A model generated the notes under the pieces. That model saw only the letters and a list, made by a program, of their open reading frames with translations, did no database searches and was not told the origin of the DNA. From a virus: a stretch of DNA of 64,000 nucleotides. The position numbers and the translations under genes are program-made. Within the stretch, counting starts at the first letter, position 1; each line of letters opens with the position of its first letter. Location: UHGV virus genome UHGV-0382128, one strand, 5' to 3'. This document shows, piece after piece, positions 19,516 to 28,335 of this stretch.

Positions 19516-21135
19516 TTATGGGTTCTTTAATAACGCTTGCGTTGCACGTTTAATCACGTTGTTGATAGGATTGATTTTAAAGTTCCCATCAGAATCGAAC
19601 CAGTAGTTTTTCGAGTGTATCCAGTTCCGGTTTTCCTCGAGCGCTTCCTGGGACATAGGCGCGTTAAACGACCCGGTATCGCCATCGTAGTCACCCCCTA
19701 ACCCACCTAGGCGTGAAGGGTGTGGTGCCATAGACTCAACGAAGGTAGGAACCGACCGGTCAGGGTAGCTGATAGCCCCTCGGGGTTTTTCAGTTTCCCA
19801 GTCATCTTCCAGTTCTTTTAAATATAAAGATGACGTGGTGGTCTCCAATCTTATGGTCGATGAATACGTCGAGCCTCGGCCTGTAACGGGATAACGTGTA
19901 ACGAAACCGAAATAATCGTTCCAAAGTTCGTAGCCCGACAAATAAAGCAATTCGACGAGTGTCATACCGTGAACGAATTTTCGGTCAAACGTTTTAGGAA
20001 GTTCTTCAATATCGTAGAACACCTTAAAATGTTTGGTGTCTTGGTAAACCAACGCAACGTAGTGGGTGTCGTCCAACATAATCGGTTGATGGCGAAGCTC
20101 GCGAGCTTCCATTCGGTTGATTAAGGATTCAATCCCATCGTCGGTGGTAAAGGTGTCGTATACACGACCACCTACTTCCAAGAATTCACGTTTAAGGGTT
20201 TTGGTGTTTACGCCGTAAAGGTTGCCATCGCCAGCACGGATGTTACCGAGGTAACGTTCGCGTATCTGGTACTGCGCAACGGGGAGTAATGCTTTTAAAC
20301 CCTGGTATAAACCAATTTTGGTGTCGGTGGGACGAATAGCGTCTTCACGACCCATGCATTTAGACCCCGTCGAGAACGAGGACAGTACGTTACGTGTCCC
20401 GTTCATTAACTTACGAGACGTCACTTTACGACGTTGGAAACCCCCTTTACCGTCCTGGATGTTAAAGAAATACATCCAGATATCATTGAAGGTTTGTTGA
20501 AGTTTCCAGCGTACGGGGTTAGTTAACTCGACACGGGTTGCCCGGTCAGGGATCGCCCTGGCGAGAGATACCAACCGACGATACATCCCGCCGATTTCTT
20601 CTTCTTGCTCTCTACCATCTTGTCGAATTACTAAATCGCGTAAACCCGCGGGTAACACGAGAACGTATCGACTAAGACTAACGGGACGGAATTTCAAAAA
20701 GAAATCCACGGTTTCGTCACGTTGTAGAGACTCGTTACGCTTAGGTTTTAAATCGTTATAGTGACTGAGGAAGAAGTTAAAACCGGTATCTGCGCCTGGG
20801 TCTCCCGGCAAGGCCGGTTCGAAATCTTTTTCTTTTTCGCTCCAGGTTGCGTAGCGTTTTCCAGAACAAATTTCTTCGTAGAGTTGTTTGAGTTGGAATA
20901 ACGCCAAACACACTGTCGGCGAAATGATATCGAGCTTAATATCGATATAAGAGAATGTAGAGTCTCGCGCTTCACTACCCGTGAGTCCAAAAATCTCTGT
21001 AGAGTAAAGACCTTCGGGGTGAAAGTTTTTTGTTAACCCCTGGAAAGTATCCGTGGTCGTGACGGGTCGTAATCGCGACACAAGAGACTTGTTTACATTG
21101 AGCAGATAAAAGTCAACCCAATTAAGTTTATTCAC
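19516..21135 (-). CDS. Multisubunit RNA polymerase beta-prime-like subunit, N-terminal fragment (539 aa)
   Basis: GKGGFQRRKVTSRKLMNGTRNV resembles beta-prime [22 protein letters not shown]; C-terminal GGDYDGDTGS matches the NADFDGD Mg-binding motif; ORF ends ~50 aa after it. Confidence 0.65.
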   Translation of the reverse strand: MNKLNWVDFYLLNVNKSLVSRLRPVTTTDTFQGLTKNFHPEGLYSTEIFGLTGSEARDSTFSYIDIKLDIISPTVCLALFQLKQLYEEICSGKRYATWSEKEKDFEPALPGDPGADTGFNFFLSHYNDLKPKRNESLQRDETVDFFLKFRPVSLSRYVLVLPAGLRDLVIRQDGREQEEEIGGMYRRLVSLARAIPDRATRVELTNPVRWKLQQTFNDIWMYFFNIQDGKGGFQRRKVTSRKLMNGTRNVLSSFSTGSKCMGREDAIRPTDTKIGLYQGLKALLPVAQYQIRERYLGNIRAGDGNLYGVNTKTLKREFLEVGGRVYDTFTTDDGIESLINRMEARELRHQPIMLDDTHYVALVYQDTKHFKVFYDIEELPKTFDRKFVHGMTLVELLYLSGYELWNDYFGFVTRYPVTGRGSTYSSTIRLETTTSSLYLKELEDDWETEKPRGAISYPDRSVPTFVESMAPHPSRLGGLGGDYDGDTGSFNAPMSQEALEENRNWIHSKNYWFDSDGNFKINPINNVIKRATQALLKNP

Positions 21136-21164
21136 GCTAAATCTCCTGATACGGATTAAACGTT

Positions 21165-24100
21165 ATGGCTAAAAAAGGTAAAGATGATTTCGATGAAATC
21201 GATCTTGATAACATGGACGACTGGGACGATTTTGATGAGCCCCCTCGTCAACAAGACCAATCGCGTAACCCGGTCATGGACACATTTCGTGCTGCCCGTA
21301 AGTCGGCGTTGTCGACTATCTGGCCCGAAAACAAACGTGATCAGGTTATTTTAAAAGGGATGCCCAAACCTGCGGCAGAAGCCTACGAAGGCTATCAAAA
21401 CGTTAAAGCTGCAGGTCAAGACATTCTGGCCCATACGAAAGACGAGATTGAAAAGACGTCTCGCGTCGTTAAGATGCAAGCGAGACAGTTAGGCCCAACA
21501 CTGAAACGGTATTTACCAGAATCCGTAACACGGAAAATCGACAAGTGGGCACGTAACGATCAAATCGACTATGGGAATTACGATCCTAAACAAGCGTTGA
21601 TGGATCGTGAGCTGGACAGCGTGTTCTCAGGTGCACCGCAAACGGCGGACCAGCAACGCGAAACGCAAGAAGGGATGGTTGAAGACCGCTTGCGTGACAC
21701 GATTAAGGACATGAAGTCCGACGCACTGTTCCAGACAGTAATCGGTATTGCAAAAGACGTCAACTTAACGACTAGCTTAAGTCGTGGCGTGTTGTTGAAT
21801 GTTCAGCGTAAGCAGTTAGAGCTACAATATCGGACATTGTTTGCTTTGCAGGATATTGCGAAACTCAAACAAGATGAGTTTGCACGCAATACACCGGCAT
21901 TAGAAGCTATCGTTAAGAACACAGCACTGCCAGACTACGCGAAGGAAGAGTTTTCTGAAGTTCGTTGGGCTAATGTAAAACGTAAAGCTGCGGAGTGGAT
22001 GAACCCCTTACGCTACGCAGACAATTTCGTTGATCAAATTCGTGAAAATGCGAAGAAGAAAATATCGAACATCTTTAGTGACGGCCGTGGAATTCTAGAA
22101 CAAGTTCTAGGGATGGCTCAGGAAGATGACTTTGGCATGTCGGACAGCTCATCGTTGTCCCCTGACCGTCGTAACACAAACTCGCGTAATAAAGCGGCAG
22201 GTTTTGCAGGTGGTTGGTTAGCAAAACGGTTCTTACAACCCCAGATCGAGCGTCTCCAAAACTGGACTCGTGGCGAGTTAGAGAAAAATCCAGAAGTAAT
22301 GAAGCGGTTGGAAAAGCTGAATTACATCGTTAGTAATAAATCGTCACTTTCTAACTCAGCTATTGCGGGGGAGTCGAGCGGATGGTTAGCCGACTTTTTC
22401 CGCCTGTTGAACGACGTGGGATTGGTTAACCCGCTACGTCGCGAAACGTTAGCATTAGACGATCGCTCTGCGGAATCTCTTTCTGCGGCGGCGAAATTCG
22501 ATCGTAAAGCTTACCTCAGCATCACCGAAGTTATTCCGACATTACTGTCCGAGATTAACAAATCTATTCGTCGGGGATATGGTGAACACCACGATCAGGT
22601 TTATGACCTGACCACGCGCGGTATGGTGGATCGTAAAGTTATTGGTAATCGTGTTCGTAAAGCGGTCGCTAATGACGATCAGCGTAAACGTTTACAGACT
22701 TACATCAACGACACTGTTGACTTTATCGATAAAGATAAAACGCTCGATAATAAAACACGTCAAGCATTAGCGGACTACATCGAATCTCGTGCCTCAGAAG
22801 GGAAAGCGTTCGACGTAGGGTCTTTATTGAAAGACCCGATGCACATGTATCGGTACATGAACGCAAACGCTGTGGAAGCGATTCAGGGTGTTTTAGAAGC
22901 CCGTTCTGCGGAACTGGTTGGTGGGCACCATGAACTGAGCAACGCGATTTCAAACAAAATCGCCGCTATCCAGTCAACGATTCGCGCACGTCAGGACACT
23001 GTTGATGCTGCGTCTGTGATTTACGGCGAGAATGCACTTCGTGATTCCGGTATTTTTAAATACGATGCGAAGAATGACATTTTCGAGGTCGATAAGGACA
23101 TTAACGATCCCTATACGTTATTTAATGACCTGTCGATGGGTAAGACCCGCTCTGGACGTTCGTTAACCCGTGAGCAAGAGATTCAGCGTAAGTTGCAAAA
23201 CGGTTCTGCGTTGGGTGATTACTTGCGTCGGATGGGTGCAGGCGCGGAGACGAGCTTTGAAGACAAAGAACTGTCCAATGTACGTGGCGGTGGAAAAGGA
23301 GGTCGTGGTCGCGGTTTAAGCGCACGCCAACTCGCTGCGGTACTTTATGGAGAGAAATCCACTAACTTTGTTGAACTATTAAGCAGTCGTCCAGACACGA
23401 ACGCCGGGTTGGAGCATCAATTCGACCGTTTGATTGATGCTGTACGTAAACAGCCCGAATCTAGCACAGTGCAAGATATCCTCAAACACGTTAAGAACAT
23501 GGATGAGGAAGGTATTCTCCTAGCCAGTTTAGGCGGTAGTCGTGATGACGGTGACGAATCTGAAAGTTCGAGTGACTCGGGTCGTAAACGTCGTCGTAAA
23601 CGCAAACGTATTGTGCTAGGCGAGACAGGATTGTTACGCCGTTGGGCTGGGGTGCTTTGGGATACCGGTTCAGGTGTAGGGCGGTTTGGTAAGAATCTGT
23701 TCCTACGTGGGAAAGATCGTCTGCAGGCTTTAGGTGGTTTTATCCGTGGGAAATTCTCAGGCGGATCCTCCGAAGGACCCGGTGTATTTAGCCGACTGAA
23801 AGGGCTAGTAACAGGTACTCTATCGACAGGTTGGAATTCTGCTGTAGCTTTCGGTAAAGGCGTTTTAGGCGTTCGTGATATTTACGATGAGCGTGGCAAC
23901 GTCGTATTACAAGGAAGTCGTTTAGAAGCTGGGGAATATTACCAGGCTGACCCGAAAACTGAGAAGCTGATTCAACTTAAAACCCTCGACGATATTAAAC
24001 TGGGACGTGATATTGTCGATGAAGCGGGTAATTTAATCTTAGCTGCTGCTGATTTGGCTGCCGCAGGTAAACTGCGCTTCTACAAAGGTGGTAAAGTTCA

Positions 24101-27100
24101 AGCGCTTTTCCAGTACATTTCTGGGAAAGCAGGAACGGCGGTAAACAAAGCTGTGACTTTACCGAAGAAACTTCTGGGCTTCATTTCACCTAAAGCGGCT
24201 TCGTTGTTCGAGAAAGCACGTGAGTGGTTAAATGAGGTTCCAGAGGGCGCAGAGAAAACCCGTTTACAAAGTATGATTTCCCGTGTAACGGGAATGCCAG
24301 CACGTTTGTGGAACAATGCAAAACGCGGGTTTGAGAAGCTCAAAGAGTTGGCTTCTGATAACCCTCTGACACGTTGGTGGCAGAACCGTAAGGAAGGTGG
24401 TTCTGGTGGTGGGTTTAGTGTGTTCTCATGGTCGAACGGCCGTAAAACTAACCACATCTTAATCCGTATCTACAAACTCCTTAACCGGAGATTGCCAGGT
24501 GAACCAGAAGATGATACCTGGACAGAACAGATGGAACGGAATACGGGAGCCAGCTCAGTTAAAGGATTATTCCAACGTGCTAAAGACATACGTGATGGGT
24601 TCCGTGAACATTTTCAGGGGTTCCGGGATTGGCGTGGTCGGATGCGTGACAGAATGTCCCGTTATCGCAGTGCGGTAGGTGGTCGTCTTTCTCGTTGGGG
24701 CGGTGCCGCACGTGGTTGGTTTGATCGTTTCCGTGGCCATGCAAGCGATATGGTCGATACTTTCCGAGACCCACGTTACGATATCGGCACACGTTATCGA
24801 ATGGAGAGTCGTTTAGCAGGACGCGATGACGATGTTGCTGAGTTTTATCGTCAGCACATCTACGCAAGAGGCAAGGTGTCTAAAACACGTATCATCGATG
24901 CGGCAAAAGAAGACTTAGACACCGTAACGGATAGCGCTGGACGTGTGATTAATAAAGGGAAACAGAAAGCCCGTAGCGTTGGGTCAGCTTTACTGGAACG
25001 CCTGAACCGAATGGTTAATCTTCAGGAAATGTCATGGTTTAACACCATGCGTGATTCTGCGGAAAAAGCAGGTGCTTCGGAAGGTTTGTTAAGAACTATG
25101 TTCAGTAAGTTCGGCCAACGCAATAAGCCGCCTGCCAGTGATGAAAAACGCGATTACTTCCAGTTCTTCCGACGCCGTCGGCGTTCTAAGGAAGAGGAAA
25201 AGGCTAAGAAAGAGGCTGGGAAGAAAGGTGGTAAACGTGGGGTAATGGATTTCCTTAAAGGATTGCCGTTGGTAGGACCAATCGTGAGTATTTTAGGCAC
25301 AGTGGGTTCAATCTTAGGTAAACTTGCAAAATGGGGAATCTTCAAGCCGGTTGGATTTGCAGGCAAAGCGTTGTGGAACGTTGGTAAGTTTGCCGTGACC
25401 CGTTTGGCTGTCCCTGCGGTTAGTGCTGTCGCGACAGCTGCATCTGCAGTGGTAACTGCGGTTGGCTGGCCGATTATCGGTTTGGTAGCCGCTGGCGCAG
25501 GGTTAACGTGGTTTTATTATAAAACTAAAGATCGTGTAAATGCCCAGTATCTGGATAACATGCGATTGGCACAGTACGGTTTTAGAGACCACGATGAATG
25601 GTCTTCCGACGACGGTGCAAAAGCACGTTATTTAGAAGACAACTTGAAACCGTATATCTCTTATACAGAGAACGGTCAAGCGCAGCTGCGTGGTTTGTCC
25701 GGTGACGATGTGAAGAAACTGGCCGAAGGGTTTGGTACTAACGTAGAAGACAAAGGCGAAATGCTGGCGTTTAGTGCGTTTATGCTACAACGTTTTGTGC
25801 CTATTTACTTACGTTGGATTACGGCACTGAAATCGATGGATAATGATATCGCGTTAGCTGACGTCGGTAATCCAGCAAAAGTGTCGAAAGCAGACATGTT
25901 GAACATCTTTAACAAAATGAAGATGTCGAAAGACGCACCTGCATTCCGTGCATTAGAAGACCCCCGCAAGGTTAATCAAGGTTGGTTCTCTAAAGCGTGG
26001 GATTTCGTAACGTTTACCCCGGCCGAGTTTTTGTCAGGTGAAGAAGTCGTTGAAGCACAAGAACGCGTGCTTCGTTCGATTAACATGCGTCGTGATGAAA
26101 AACGTAAGGATGTAAATGCTACGGGCAGCGTGGCCGAAGGACACAAAGTTGCTTCTGTGGCGGAATCGTCCCAAGCGTTGGCTCAAGCGGATGCGGAACG
26201 CAACAAAGAGGTTGCAAAGGTTGAAGGTTGGGAAGACGGCACCGAACAAGTTCAGGTTCAAGTTGACTGGAGAAGCTTACCTAAAGAAACCGATCTCCGT
26301 GATTTGGAATCTGTAAGGTTGAAAGCTTATGGTGCTGTGAGCATTACTCAAACAACCCGTAACCTCTATACGCTCCTAGAACGTCAAGTGTTGCAAGACA
26401 CTGATGTGAAAAGTTGTACGTATAAAGGAGACTGGAAACGTGCGATTGCAGTGATTGCACCTGACGCTATTGGTGGACCAAAAGAAGATCGGTACAAGAA
26501 CTGGTTCTACAACCGCTTCTTACCTGTCTTCATGACGTACGTGGTTGGGGTGAAACGTTATGTCCCTGCTGCCGATCCGATGGACCTACGCGTTACAGGC
26601 GGGTTCTTGTATGAAATCGCACTGATGATGCGTGGTGCGTACAACCTGAAAGGGGGTATTCGCCAATCGGTGTGGGAGGTACCGTTTAACCCGTTAGGGG
26701 GTGATGCTAACACTGACGCTGGTTCAGTTGCGACGGAGTTAGAGAATCTGAAAGAACTGTCTAAGGAAGCTGATTTGGCAGTACGTAAAACGCTGCGTGC
26801 TACGCCTTCTGCTGGTTTCCGTGTGAACTGGCAGCGAAAAGATCGTGCGACTCAGATGTTCTTGACCGATGACGAGAAGGACCAACCACCTCGGCAACAG
26901 ATGAATACTTCCTCCTCTTATCGCGATCTGCTTCAACCGGCAGCGAATGACGGTGGGAATTACGGCACGCCAAACGATTTGGCTGGTGCTTATGGTCAGA
27001 TGGGGGCTAAGAATTACGCCGCGTTTAGTACCGGTAACTTCGGTGTGAAGCTTGGCGAGATGCAAGACGGTGATTATAAAACGTTAGCGGCTAAGTATCC

Positions 27101-28289
27101 AATTTCAACGTTGGGTGACGGATTGAAGCCTAACCTGAATGCGGTCGCAGCACTGATTATAGACGTAGCGAAGATGATGGGTGTTCCTCCAGCGTTAGCG
27201 CTGGGAATGGCACAAGCAGAATCAGGACTTAGATACGGCATCAAAGCTAAAGGAAGTTCTGCAGCTGGCTTGTTCCAGTTCATCAACGGTACCTGGAGTG
27301 AGCAGATGAAAGCTTACGCTAGACGTTACGGTATCCCGCAAACCGACCAGTATGACCCGTGGGCGAATGCCCTGCTTGGTGTCCGCCATATTCGTGACAA
27401 TATCGAGAAAGCCAGAAAGGATTTAGGTGGCATCGATCCTCCCGGTGCAGCAGTTTACCTCTACCACTTCTTAGGACAAGGTGGCGGTAAGAAATTCCTG
27501 CAAGAATGGAAGCGTGATCCGAACGGTCCGTCATCGCGTGGTGCATCGGCCGATCAAATCGCGGCAAACAGCACAATTTTCTACAAGAATGGAAAATTGC
27601 GTAGTTTGGATGAAGTGCTCAGCATCATGGGTGGTAAGATTGGTGCAGTAGGAACAAACGCAATTGCGGGCAATCAGGCATCGGTGAAAGACTTGACGAC
27701 TGGCGTAACGCCAATGCCGTCATCCCCAGCCATCGCTGCGGGCGCTGCTAACGATCCGTCCATCACAGGCCCGGCAGATAACCTGCCAGCTGCGAACGAG
27801 GCGAATCGTGACACAGCCTTAGCAGATAAAGGTGCAATGGGGGCCGATGACATTAAAGCTGCGACGGGCGGTGGTCCGGCGGTGCCGAGCCCCGGCGGCG
27901 ACGTTACACCGAGTGATGCGTCAGTTGTTGTAGATACGGTGGGTCAAAATGCTCGTGCTGACGGCCTGGCCGAAGAGGATGTTGCTAAAGTAAAAGAAGG
28001 TGCTAGACAGCAGATGGAGAAATCAGTCCGCCCTGCACCAACAGTAACTTCCGATGCACAGACTGGTTCTACAGTGAACAGCGGTGATCCGATCAGTGTA
28101 CAACAGCTGGCGGTTGCAAAAGAGTCTGCGGGCTACCTGAAAGAGATTGTAACAATTCTTCGTCAGCGGCCACAGGCTATGCAAAACGGACCGGCTAACC
28201 CTGCGTCAACCGCTCCGGGTTCGGCGTCACGTAACGTGTCAATAACCCAACCCACGCCACAACTCGACGTTAGTCGTAAATCGGCGTAA
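21165..28289 (+). CDS. Giant virion-associated protein (2374 aa) with C-terminal lytic transglycosylase (SLT) domain
   Basis: SLT signature GMAQAESGLRYG...SSAAGLFQFINGTW at about nt 27180-27300; polybasic GRKRRRKRKR; long hydrophobic segment (about 25250-25520); acidic N-terminus. Confidence 0.8.
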   Translation: MAKKGKDDFDEIDLDNMDDWDDFDEPPRQQDQSRNPVMDTFRAARKSALSTIWPENKRDQVILKGMPKPAAEAYEGYQNVKAAGQDILAHTKDEIEKTSRVVKMQARQLGPTLKRYLPESVTRKIDKWARNDQIDYGNYDPKQALMDRELDSVFSGAPQTADQQRETQEGMVEDRLRDTIKDMKSDALFQTVIGIAKDVNLTTSLSRGVLLNVQRKQLELQYRTLFALQDIAKLKQDEFARNTPALEAIVKNTALPDYAKEEFSEVRWANVKRKAAEWMNPLRYADNFVDQIRENAKKKISNIFSDGRGILEQVLGMAQEDDFGMSDSSSLSPDRRNTNSRNKAAGFAGGWLAKRFLQPQIERLQNWTRGELEKNPEVMKRLEKLNYIVSNKSSLSNSAIAGESSGWLADFFRLLNDVGLVNPLRRETLALDDRSAESLSAAAKFDRKAYLSITEVIPTLLSEINKSIRRGYGEHHDQVYDLTTRGMVDRKVIGNRVRKAVANDDQRKRLQTYINDTVDFIDKDKTLDNKTRQALADYIESRASEGKAFDVGSLLKDPMHMYRYMNANAVEAIQGVLEARSAELVGGHHELSNAISNKIAAIQSTIRARQDTVDAASVIYGENALRDSGIFKYDAKNDIFEVDKDINDPYTLFNDLSMGKTRSGRSLTREQEIQRKLQNGSALGDYLRRMGAGAETSFEDKELSNVRGGGKGGRGRGLSARQLAAVLYGEKSTNFVELLSSRPDTNAGLEHQFDRLIDAVRKQPESSTVQDILKHVKNMDEEGILLASLGGSRDDGDESESSSDSGRKRRRKRKRIVLGETGLLRRWAGVLWDTGSGVGRFGKNLFLRGKDRLQALGGFIRGKFSGGSSEGPGVFSRLKGLVTGTLSTGWNSAVAFGKGVLGVRDIYDERGNVVLQGSRLEAGEYYQADPKTEKLIQLKTLDDIKLGRDIVDEAGNLILAAADLAAAGKLRFYKGGKVQALFQYISGKAGTAVNKAVTLPKKLLGFISPKAASLFEKAREWLNEVPEGAEKTRLQSMISRVTGMPARLWNNAKRGFEKLKELASDNPLTRWWQNRKEGGSGGGFSVFSWSNGRKTNHILIRIYKLLNRRLPGEPEDDTWTEQMERNTGASSVKGLFQRAKDIRDGFREHFQGFRDWRGRMRDRMSRYRSAVGGRLSRWGGAARGWFDRFRGHASDMVDTFRDPRYDIGTRYRMESRLAGRDDDVAEFYRQHIYARGKVSKTRIIDAAKEDLDTVTDSAGRVINKGKQKARSVGSALLERLNRMVNLQEMSWFNTMRDSAEKAGASEGLLRTMFSKFGQRNKPPASDEKRDYFQFFRRRRRSKEEEKAKKEAGKKGGKRGVMDFLKGLPLVGPIVSILGTVGSILGKLAKWGIFKPVGFAGKALWNVGKFAVTRLAVPAVSAVATAASAVVTAVGWPIIGLVAAGAGLTWFYYKTKDRVNAQYLDNMRLAQYGFRDHDEWSSDDGAKARYLEDNLKPYISYTENGQAQLRGLSGDDVKKLAEGFGTNVEDKGEMLAFSAFMLQRFVPIYLRWITALKSMDNDIALADVGNPAKVSKADMLNIFNKMKMSKDAPAFRALEDPRKVNQGWFSKAWDFVTFTPAEFLSGEEVVEAQERVLRSINMRRDEKRKDVNATGSVAEGHKVASVAESSQALAQADAERNKEVAKVEGWEDGTEQVQVQVDWRSLPKETDLRDLESVRLKAYGAVSITQTTRNLYTLLERQVLQDTDVKSCTYKGDWKRAIAVIAPDAIGGPKEDRYKNWFYNRFLPVFMTYVVGVKRYVPAADPMDLRVTGGFLYEIALMMRGAYNLKGGIRQSVWEVPFNPLGGDANTDAGSVATELENLKELSKEADLAVRKTLRATPSAGFRVNWQRKDRATQMFLTDDEKDQPPRQQMNTSSSYRDLLQPAANDGGNYGTPNDLAGAYGQMGAKNYAAFSTGNFGVKLGEMQDGDYKTLAAKYPISTLGDGLKPNLNAVAALIIDVAKMMGVPPALALGMAQAESGLRYGIKAKGSSAAGLFQFINGTWSEQMKAYARRYGIPQTDQYDPWANALLGVRHIRDNIEKARKDLGGIDPPGAAVYLYHFLGQGGGKKFLQEWKRDPNGPSSRGASADQIAANSTIFYKNGKLRSLDEVLSIMGGKIGAVGTNAIAGNQASVKDLTTGVTPMPSSPAIAAGAANDPSITGPADNLPAANEANRDTALADKGAMGADDIKAATGGGPAVPSPGGDVTPSDASVVVDTVGQNARADGLAEEDVAKVKEGARQQMEKSVRPAPTVTSDAQTGSTVNSGDPISVQQLAVAKESAGYLKEIVTILRQRPQAMQNGPANPASTAPGSASRNVSITQPTPQLDVSRKSA

Positions 28290-28335
28290 TAACAACAGGG
28301 GGTAGTTTCCTACCCCCGTTTTTTAGAGGTAAAAC

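Noticed and set aside
19516-21135. DYDGD in the 539-aa protein being a chance match, not an RNAP catalytic motif
   Set aside because: Considered, but an independent second block (GKGGFQRRKV..GTRNV versus beta-prime [22 protein letters not shown]) sits at the expected distance upstream, and a beta-like gene is adjacent, so the RNAP call was kept.
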